Assembly: GCA_040754455.1 (NCBI GenBank)
Contig: JBFMCP010000029.1
Span: forward strand, 1-39,568
Length of the DNA stretch: 39,568 nucleotides
Reading direction: 5' to 3'
DNA from: Nitrospirota bacterium
GTDB lineage: Bacteria; Nitrospirota; Thermodesulfovibrionia; Thermodesulfovibrionales; Dissulfurispiraceae
Part shown: piece after piece, positions 8,254 to 15,336 of the stretch
How positions within the stretch are numbered: the stretch's first letter is position 1
Layout of the letters: every line of letters begins with the position of its first letter
The notes under the pieces: model-generated
What the model saw: only the letters and a program-made list of their open reading frames with translations
Databases searched by the model: none
Told to the model about the DNA's origin: nothing
Made by a program: the position numbers and the translations under genes

Positions 8254-9006
8254 TTGAAAAAACGAAACATACCCAGACACATCGGTATCATAATGGATGG
8301 AAACGGCCGGTGGGCCGAAATGAGAGGTCTGCCCCGTTTCGAAGGTCACAAACGGGGTGTCGAGCGGGTCAGCGAGATTGTCGAAGTGGTACAGGGCCTC
8401 GGGGTCGAGGCGCTCTCGCTCTACGCCTTTTCAATCGAAAACTGGATGCGGCCCGAGGAAGAAGTCTCGGTCATCATGACGCTTCTTGAGGCGACGCTGC
8501 AGAAAGAGTTTTTGAATTTCATGAAAGAGGGCGTGAGGTTCAGGGTGATCGGCAACAGGGAAAAGCTGCCCGACAATATCCGTACCATCATCGAAGCCGT
8601 CGAGCAGGGCACCGCTCAGAACAAAGGGCTCATCTTCCAATGTGCCCTCAGCTACGGCGGAAGGGACGAGATCATCCGGGCGGTAAAAAAAGCCCTGGAG
8701 CAGAGAGCCACTGCTGCCGATATCAGCGAGGAGTATATTGCCGGCCTGCTCGATACCGCAGGCTCACCCGATCCCGATCTCATCATCAGGACCAGCGGGG
8801 AGCAACGGTTGAGCAATTTCCTGCTCTGGCAGTCTGCCTATGCGGAATTCTATTTCACCAACACCTTATGGCCTGATTTCACCAAGGAAGAGCTGCTCGA
8901 AGCGATCCATGAGTACCAGATGAGGGACCGGCGCTTCGGCAAAGTCGAAACACGGAAAAACCGCGTATCCGAAAAAGCGCCCGGCATTGCCGGTGTGATG
9001 GAGTGA
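8254..9006 (+). CDS. uppS: Undecaprenyl diphosphate synthase (isoprenyl transferase)
   Basis: Motifs HIGIIMDGNGRWA, YAFSIENW.RP, IRTSGEQRLSNFLLWQ, RDRRFG. Confidence 0.98.
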   Translation: MKKRNIPRHIGIIMDGNGRWAEMRGLPRFEGHKRGVERVSEIVEVVQGLGVEALSLYAFSIENWMRPEEEVSVIMTLLEATLQKEFLNFMKEGVRFRVIGNREKLPDNIRTIIEAVEQGTAQNKGLIFQCALSYGGRDEIIRAVKKALEQRATAADISEEYIAGLLDTAGSPDPDLIIRTSGEQRLSNFLLWQSAYAEFYFTNTLWPDFTKEELLEAIHEYQMRDRRFGKVETRKNRVSEKAPGIAGVME

Positions 9007-9821
9007 CCGGCCCGATGCACGCGAAAAGGCTCATCGTCGCCGCCATCGTCCTCCCGCTCTTTTATCTGTATGTTGCAAAGCTCTCGCCGCTCTTCTTCCT
9101 CATCTTCCTCCTCCTTGCCGCCGTACTCGGCCAAACCGAATTCTATACCATGTATCATACCCCGAAGATACTCTCCGTCCTGGGGATCATCAGCGGGATC
9201 GTGCTGCTCGCTTCAGCACCTGCACTCGTACCTGCATTGTCACCGGTTTCATTTACGACTTTTTATCCCATCCATTTTATGCTCACCTTTATGCTCATTG
9301 CAGCGACCCGCCTCTTTGCCGTGAGAAATCCTTCTGCGTCCCTGCGCGATGTAGCGCCGGCACTCATCGGCGTTCTTTATATTCCCCATTTGCTGCTGGC
9401 CCAGTGGCACCTGCGGTTGAACGGCTATGAATGGATACTCTTTCTCTACGGATGCGTCTGGGCGTCGGACAGCTTCGCTTATTACATCGGAAAGAGCCTG
9501 GGCAAAAGAAAGCTCTACCCCGAGGTCAGTCCGAACAAAACCGTGGCAGGCGCGTTCGGCTCCATCGGCGGCGGCATGCTCATCGGGGTGCTCCTGGGCA
9601 GTCTCCTGTTGAAGGATATGAGCGTTCCCCTTACGCTCTTCATGGGCGGTGCCATCGGCACGGTAACCATCATCGGAGACCTCGTCGAGTCAATGTTCAA
9701 GAGAGATGCCGGCGTAAAGGATTCGGGCACGCTCATCCCGGGCCACGGCGGTGTCCTCGATAAGATCGATGGCGTTCTCTTTGCCGGGCCCGTCCTCTAC
9801 TGGATAACGCTCCTGCTATGA
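9003..9821 (+). CDS. cdsA: Phosphatidate cytidylyltransferase
   Basis: Motifs WASDSFAY, SPNKT..G, GDLVESMFKR..GVKDSG..IPGHGG.LD.ID. Confidence 0.97.
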   Translation: MTGPMHAKRLIVAAIVLPLFYLYVAKLSPLFFLIFLLLAAVLGQTEFYTMYHTPKILSVLGIISGIVLLASAPALVPALSPVSFTTFYPIHFMLTFMLIAATRLFAVRNPSASLRDVAPALIGVLYIPHLLLAQWHLRLNGYEWILFLYGCVWASDSFAYYIGKSLGKRKLYPEVSPNKTVAGAFGSIGGGMLIGVLLGSLLLKDMSVPLTLFMGGAIGTVTIIGDLVESMFKRDAGVKDSGTLIPGHGGVLDKIDGVLFAGPVLYWITLLL

Positions 9822-10975
9822 AAAATATCGTTCTCCTCGGCTCTACCGGTTCCATTGGAAGGAGCGCTCTTGCAGTGGTCGCAAAATTTCCCGAGCGGTT
9901 CAGGATCGTCGGCCTCACTGCAGGCAAGAATATTACCCTGCTTCAAAAGCAGATAGAGCAGTTCCGGCCCCGTGTCGTTGCCGTATCCGATGAGGAAGCA
10001 TACCGAAAGCTTAAGACCTCTCTTACGGGAATAAAGGCCCCCGAGGTGCTCTGCGGGATCGACGGCATCGTACAGGTAGGCGGCATGCGGGATGCGGACA
10101 TTGTCCTGTCTGCCATCGTCGGTGCTGCCGGGCTGCTCCCTACCCTTGCCGCTATAAGGACAGGGAAGACCGTCGCTCTCGCGAACAAGGAAACACTGGT
10201 GATGGCCGGCGCTATTGCGCTCTCGGAGGCAAAGCGATACGGCACGACGCTTCTCCCCGTCGACAGCGAGCACAGTGCCATCTTTCAATGCATACGAGGG
10301 TATGAACGGTCTACCATCGACAAGATCATCCTGACCGCTTCCGGCGGTCCCTTTATCGGCAAGTCGCACGAGGACCTGGAGAGGGTCTCTCCCGAGGACG
10401 CCCTCAGACATCCGAACTGGAGCATGGGGAAAAAGATCACCATCGATTCCGCGACGCTCATGAACAAAGGGCTCGAGGTGATCGAGGCGCGCTATCTCTT
10501 CGACATGCCAGCGGAGCGTATCGATGTGCTCATCCATCCCCAGAGCATCATCCATTCCATTGTCGAGTTTGTCGACAGAACGTATATCGCACAGCTTTCA
10601 AAGCCCGATATGAAAGGGCCCATTGCCTACGCCCTCTCCTTCCCGGAGCGGCTCGAGAAGGTCATGGAGCCGCTGCCCTGGGAGAAGCTCAATGGACTGA
10701 CCTTCCGGAAGCCCGACCATAAGGCCTTCCCCTGCCTCTCTCTCGCCTATGCTGCGATCAAAGAGGGAGGCACCTTGCCGGCAGTCCTCAATGCCTCCAA
10801 CGAGATCGCGGTTGCGGCATTCCTCGACGGCCTTATCGGTTTTAACAAAATACCTGCTATAATTAAAAGAATTATGCATGCACACACGCTACAGCCAGCC
10901 GACGATGTGGCAACAGTGCTCGAGGCAGACCGGTGGGCGCGGGAGAGGACACTGCAGGCGATCAAGAAGGCATAA
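9818..10975 (+). CDS. dxr: 1-deoxy-D-xylulose-5-phosphate reductoisomerase
   Basis: Motifs LGSTGSIG, LANKE, PVDSEH, HPNWSMGKKITIDSATLMNKGLE. Confidence 0.98.
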   Translation: MKNIVLLGSTGSIGRSALAVVAKFPERFRIVGLTAGKNITLLQKQIEQFRPRVVAVSDEEAYRKLKTSLTGIKAPEVLCGIDGIVQVGGMRDADIVLSAIVGAAGLLPTLAAIRTGKTVALANKETLVMAGAIALSEAKRYGTTLLPVDSEHSAIFQCIRGYERSTIDKIILTASGGPFIGKSHEDLERVSPEDALRHPNWSMGKKITIDSATLMNKGLEVIEARYLFDMPAERIDVLIHPQSIIHSIVEFVDRTYIAQLSKPDMKGPIAYALSFPERLEKVMEPLPWEKLNGLTFRKPDHKAFPCLSLAYAAIKEGGTLPAVLNASNEIAVAAFLDGLIGFNKIPAIIKRIMHAHTLQPADDVATVLEADRWARERTLQAIKKA

Positions 10976-11015
10976 TGAACAACGCAAATACATCTTCAAT
11001 GGGGTTAAACGACTG

Positions 11016-12098
11016 ATGAGCATACTTTCCGCAATTTTTTTATTCGGCTTTCTGATATTTATCCACGAGCTGGGGCACTTCATATTCGCCAAGCTGAGCG
11101 GCGTCAAAGTGCTGAAATTTTCACTCGGCTTCGGTCCAAAACTCATCGGCAAGCAGATCGGTGAGACGGAATATGTCCTCTCAACGGTCCCGCTCGGCGG
11201 GTATGTGAAGATGCTGGGTCAGGAGGATGTAGGGGAAGTAGAGGAAGAGGCAGAGAAGTTCGAGAAAGAGCGGTCCTTCAGGTATAAGCCGATCTACCAG
11301 CGGGTCCTTATTGCCCTCTCAGGGCCTCTCTTCAATATCCTGACCGCCACGGTCATCTTTTTCTTTGTCTTCTTGACCGGCCTCCCTACGCTCCTGCCGG
11401 TTGTCGGGGAAATCATGCCCGATACCCCCGCGGCACGGGCAGGACTGCTCAAGGGCGACAAGATTATCGAGGTAAACGGTACGCCGGTGGCACAATGGGC
11501 CGATATGACCGAAATAATCCATACCAATCCCAACAAGCGCCTCGCCCTGAAAGTGCAGCGGGACGCTCAGCTCATCACCGTCCCGATCACTCCCGAGAGC
11601 AAGAAGGTCCCCGATATCTTCGGAGAGGAGAAAGAGGTCGGCCTTATCGGAATTAAGCCCTCCGGTGAGACCATTATCGTCAGAGAGGGACTTATCGACT
11701 CTGTAAAGAACGCCTTCCTGAGGACATGGGATATTTCGAAGCTCACCGTCGTCGGCATCGTAAAGCTCATACAGAGAATCATCCCCGCCGAGACGATCGG
11801 GGGGCCGATCCTTATTTTTCAGCTTGCCGAGCGGCAGGCTTCCGCAGGCCCGATGAGCTTCTTTTTCTTTGCAGCCGTCATCAGTATCAACCTCGGCATC
11901 CTAAATCTTTTGCCGATCCCGGTGCTCGATGGCGGCCATATCCTGTTCCTCGGCATCGAGGCCATAAAGGGAAAGCCGCTCAGCGAAAAGACCATGATGG
12001 TCGCCCAGCGCATCGGGCTTGTGCTCCTCATTATGCTCATGGTCTTCGCCTTTTATAACGATATCTTCAGACTTATCAGCGGCAAACCGCTGCCGTAA
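11016..12098 (+). CDS. rseP: RIP metalloprotease RseP
   Basis: HELGH zinc motif, PDZ domain, NLLPIPVLDGG. Start moved to ATG 11016 (MSILSAIF). Confidence 0.96.
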   Translation: MSILSAIFLFGFLIFIHELGHFIFAKLSGVKVLKFSLGFGPKLIGKQIGETEYVLSTVPLGGYVKMLGQEDVGEVEEEAEKFEKERSFRYKPIYQRVLIALSGPLFNILTATVIFFFVFLTGLPTLLPVVGEIMPDTPAARAGLLKGDKIIEVNGTPVAQWADMTEIIHTNPNKRLALKVQRDAQLITVPITPESKKVPDIFGEEKEVGLIGIKPSGETIIVREGLIDSVKNAFLRTWDISKLTVVGIVKLIQRIIPAETIGGPILIFQLAERQASAGPMSFFFFAAVISINLGILNLLPIPVLDGGHILFLGIEAIKGKPLSEKTMMVAQRIGLVLLIMLMVFAFYNDIFRLISGKPLP

Positions 12099-12196
12099 CA
12101 ACCGTGACGCGTAGCGACCGCGAGATACTGGAGAAGGCAAAGGACAAATTGAAGGCGCTACATGAGTAGCTGCACCTTACAAAGTACGACAGCACA

Positions 12197-12658
12197 ATGG
12201 GAACGATAGTATCAGACTGGAATCAATTAAAAACCCTCATCGATGCGCTTAAGGCAGACGGCAAGCGTATTGTTTTTACCAACGGCTGTTTCGATCTCCT
12301 CCATATAGGCCATGTCAGATATCTCAAACAAGCGAAAAAGTTAGGCGATATTCTCGTTATCGGTTTGAATTCCGATGCTTCCGTCAGAGGACTTAAACCG
12401 GAACGTCCTATCATCCCCGAAACCGAGCGCGCCGAAGTGCTCGCCGCTCTTGCAGCAGTCGATTACGTCACCATCTTCAGCGAAGAGACCCCTTATGCAT
12501 TGATAAGGCTTCTCCGTCCCGATGTCCTTGTCAAAGGGGGCGACTGGAAGAAAGAGGATATCGTCGGCGCTGATATTGTGCCCGAAGTCCACAGCCTGCC
12601 GTACGTCGAAGGCAGGTCGACGACGGAGATCATCAGGAAGATAAAGAGTTTGCCGTAA
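12197..12658 (+). CDS. rfaE2: D-glycero-beta-D-manno-heptose 1-phosphate adenylyltransferase
   Basis: Motifs [35 protein letters not shown]; stand-alone HldE domain II. Confidence 0.95.
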   Translation: MGTIVSDWNQLKTLIDALKADGKRIVFTNGCFDLLHIGHVRYLKQAKKLGDILVIGLNSDASVRGLKPERPIIPETERAEVLAALAAVDYVTIFSEETPYALIRLLRPDVLVKGGDWKKEDIVGADIVPEVHSLPYVEGRSTTEIIRKIKSLP

Positions 12659-12714
12659 CGCCGCAGGGTTTGGGCTGCCTTTGAGCAGTTTAATTGTTAA
12701 CAGGAGGAGGTATC

Positions 12715-13419
12715 ATGCGTAAGAAGGTTTTTTCCGTTTCACTGTTTCTCACCATCATTGTTTCTGCAGGACTCGTCTTCGGTCTGGTTTCAAAAGGAGA
12801 TGAAGCGTTTACCAAGCTCATGGACGGCAACAAGCGGTTTGTTTCGGGAAGTCTTTCCTCCAAGGATGTCGGCGATGCGAAGAGAAAAGAGCTTTTGAAG
12901 GGTCAGAGTCCTTATGCTATTGTTGTTGCCTGCTCTGACTCGAGAGTAGCCCCCGAGATTATATTTGACGAGGGGCTTGGAAGTATTTTCGTTGTCAGGG
13001 TTGCCGGTAATGTGCTCGATCCTGTTGCGCTGGGCAGCATTGAATATGCTGCAGAGCACCTTCACTCCCCGCTCCTCGTTATCCTGGGACACGAAAAGTG
13101 CGGTGCCGTAGCGGCGACACTCGATGCAAAGGGAAAACCTGAGGGCAATATCGGAGCAATTGTACAGAAAATAATGCCTGCGGTCAAGAAGGCAAAGGCA
13201 AAAGGCGGAACGAAGGATGATATCCTCAACAACGCAATAAAAGAGAATGTCATGCTCTCCAATGCATATATGCTTAAAAAGAGCCCGGTGCTGAAGCACC
13301 TCATCGAATCCGGAGCGCTCAAAGTGGTCACTGCCGTCTACCATCTCGGCAGCGGCGAAGTCGAAATCCTGCAGCAGCCTGCGAGCGCGATGAAAACAGC
13401 TCACAGAGCAGGGCACTAA
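12715..13419 (+). CDS. Beta-class carbonic anhydrase with N-terminal signal/anchor
   Basis: Zinc ligands in CSDSR and HEKC; RVAGN; GSIEYA; L.DGN.RF. Start ATG 12715 follows AGGAGGAGG; N-terminus is basic then hydrophobic. Confidence 0.93.
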   Translation: MRKKVFSVSLFLTIIVSAGLVFGLVSKGDEAFTKLMDGNKRFVSGSLSSKDVGDAKRKELLKGQSPYAIVVACSDSRVAPEIIFDEGLGSIFVVRVAGNVLDPVALGSIEYAAEHLHSPLLVILGHEKCGAVAATLDAKGKPEGNIGAIVQKIMPAVKKAKAKGGTKDDILNNAIKENVMLSNAYMLKKSPVLKHLIESGALKVVTAVYHLGSGEVEILQQPASAMKTAHRAGH

Positions 13420-13430
13420 GTCCGAAAGGA

Positions 13431-13542
13431 AGCAATCAGCTCTCGGCGGTCAGCCGTCGGCAAAGGGCAAAGAGAACCGCCATCTCTACAAAGGTCTTTG
13501 TCACAATGGAGGCTGAGGGCTGATTGCTGACGGTTGATGGCT
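13431..13542. repeat. Heptamer-armed hairpin element, copy A
   Basis: AGCAATC AGCTCTC GGCGGTC AGCCGTC GGC, a 50-nt core, then GCTGAGG GCTGATT GCTGACG GTTGATG GCT. Arms are complementary over 17 nt with two G:U pairs. Confidence 0.8.
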
Positions 13543-13558
13543 TCTCTTTTTGCTGTTT

Positions 13559-14098
13559 TCAGAACCAGTATTCCGGATATTTTCTATTCTTCGCGATATT
13601 ATTCATTACCAGCGCCACGAGCAGCAGAATGAGAGCGCCTGCTCCGGCAGGGATAAAAGCGTAGAGAAAGCCAAGGGCATGGACCTTTGCGCCACCGATA
13701 ACAGCAATAAGTGCAGTGGCGCCTCCGGGGGGATGGACTGTTTTCGTCACAAGCATGATGACAATAGCAAGAGATACGGCCAGAGCGGCAGCGAGCCAGG
13801 GGGTCCCGCCGAAGAGCTGGTAGCAGGCGACACCCACGAGCCCTGAAAGGATATGGCCGCCGACCAGGTTTCTCGGCTGGGCAAGGGGACTCTTTATCGC
13901 CCCATAGACAAGTACTGCCGAGGCTCCGAAAGACCCTATGATCAGCGTGAGATCTTTCGGCTCGAAGTATTTCGACGAGAGATAGGCGCAGATGCCGATA
14001 CCGACCACTGAACCGAGCCACGACCAGAGCACTTCCGAGAGGCCTACTCCCGGAGGGCTCTTTGCACCGCCCTTCATCTTCAATAAATAATCGCGCAT
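13559..14098 (-). CDS. HPP-family membrane protein (candidate nitrite transporter)
   Basis: Motifs SFGASAVLVYG..SPLAQPRN..GGH and TVHPPGGATAL; multiple TM helices; C-terminal YPEYW; no CBS domain. Confidence 0.93.
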   Translation of the reverse strand: MRDYLLKMKGGAKSPPGVGLSEVLWSWLGSVVGIGICAYLSSKYFEPKDLTLIIGSFGASAVLVYGAIKSPLAQPRNLVGGHILSGLVGVACYQLFGGTPWLAAALAVSLAIVIMLVTKTVHPPGGATALIAVIGGAKVHALGFLYAFIPAGAGALILLLVALVMNNIAKNRKYPEYWF

Positions 14099-14199
14099 GC
14101 TTACCGTCGACCCATCTTCATCAATGCTCTCAGCGCTTTTTACATTTTATCCAGAAGCTTCTCTGTAAAACAATTGTCCTCTATTTCCGGATTTCAAGG

Positions 14200-14217
14200 G
14201 TATGATCTAAATCATAC
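14200..14217. promoter_or_regulatory. FNR/CRP-family-like palindromic operator
   Basis: Perfect inverted repeat GTATGAT-CTAA-ATCATAC, one base per arm from the FNR/Dnr box TTGAT-N4-ATCAA, located between divergent genes. Confidence 0.55.
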
Positions 14218-14230
14218 GTCTGTAAATTTA

Positions 14231-14259
14231 TTGCAAACCAAACTGCTTTCCTTTATCAT
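14231..14259 (+). promoter_or_regulatory. Sigma70 promoter, probably producing a leaderless mRNA
   Basis: TTGCAA-N17-TATCAT, then 6 nt to ATG 14266; no Shine-Dalgarno sequence. Confidence 0.65.
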
Positions 14260-14265
14260 ATCTCT

Positions 14266-15180
14266 ATGAAAAAATTACACTTTGCCGTCCTCGCGTGCCT
14301 CATACTGCTATTTTCCTTCCCTTCGCCCTCTCCTGCAACGCCGGAGTTTGCACAGAAGACCGGCCTCCAGTGCACTGACTGCCATATCGACCCGGGAGGA
14401 GGCAAGCAGCTTACCGAGCGCGGGAAGCAGTTTCTCGAGGAGATGAAAGCAAAGGGAAGCTACCGGCCGCTCTCGACACCACAGAGGGTCGTCCGCCTTT
14501 TTGTCGGCTACTTTCACATGATGGCAGCGATCATATGGTTCGGCGCCATTCTCTATATCCATATCCTCCTAAAGCCTGCCTACGCATCGAGAGGTCTTCC
14601 CAAAGGAGAGCTGCGCCTCGGCTGGATATCGATGATCATCGTGCTCATCACCGGAATCCTTCTGACCATTGCCCGCATCCCCTCATGGGAGTCATTCTAC
14701 ACAACGCGCTTCGGCATCCTCCTGAGCATAAAGATACTGCTTTTTCTTGTTATGCTGTCGAGCGCCTTTGTCGTAAGTGTCTTCATCGGTCCAAAAATGA
14801 GGAGGCAGCGGCAGTTGACGGGAATGTCTGCCTCAGGGGATTGTACGCCTGATGCGCTCTGCCAATTTGACGGCAAGGAAGGAAGGCCGGCGTATTTTGC
14901 GTATAAAGGTATTATTTACGATGTCACGCAGAGCAGGCTCTGGAAGAACGGCACTCATATGGTCAAACATGTGGCAGGACAGGATTTGACGGAGGTGCTG
15001 AAGCTCGCGCCCCACGGGGAAGATAAAGTGCTTGCGATGCCGGTGATCGGAAAGCTTCTGCCGGCAGCGGGAAAACCCTCACTGCCGCCTCATGTGCGGC
15101 TCTTCTATTTCTTCGCCTATATGAATCTCTCGCTGACGTTCGTTATCGTTTTCATCATCGCTTTGTGGCGGTGGTGGTAA
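14266..15180 (+). CDS. Fusion protein: monoheme cytochrome c + CopD-like membrane domain + cytochrome b5-like domain
   Basis: Signal peptide; CTDCH; helix with H......W.G; three TM helices; b5-like segment FDGKEGRPAY.AY.G.IYDVT.S.LW..G.H...H.AG.DLT.....APHG; final TM helix. Confidence 0.85.
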   Translation: MKKLHFAVLACLILLFSFPSPSPATPEFAQKTGLQCTDCHIDPGGGKQLTERGKQFLEEMKAKGSYRPLSTPQRVVRLFVGYFHMMAAIIWFGAILYIHILLKPAYASRGLPKGELRLGWISMIIVLITGILLTIARIPSWESFYTTRFGILLSIKILLFLVMLSSAFVVSVFIGPKMRRQRQLTGMSASGDCTPDALCQFDGKEGRPAYFAYKGIIYDVTQSRLWKNGTHMVKHVAGQDLTEVLKLAPHGEDKVLAMPVIGKLLPAAGKPSLPPHVRLFYFFAYMNLSLTFVIVFIIALWRWW

Positions 15181-15182
15181 AA

Positions 15183-15284
15183 AGCGGTCAGCCGTCAGCC
15201 ATCAGCGTTCAGCAAACAGCAAAAGGCAAAGGGAACAACTTCTCTACAAAGTCCTTATCAAAATATACAGGCTGACGGCTGTAG
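15183..15284. repeat. Heptamer-armed hairpin element, copy B
   Basis: AGCGGTC AGCCGTC AGCCATC AGCGTTC AGCAAAC AGC, a 50-nt core similar to copy A, then GCTGACG GCTG. Confidence 0.8.
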
Positions 15285-15336
15285 TGCAGAGAGAGCATTC
15301 GGGTCGCCCGAAAAGGTAAAATATGCATAGAACGCC

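Noticed and set aside
12099..12196. Possible degenerate copy of the hairpin element (AAGGCAAAGGACAA core) after rseP
   Set aside because: Only a short purine-rich resemblance, with no clear heptamer arms.
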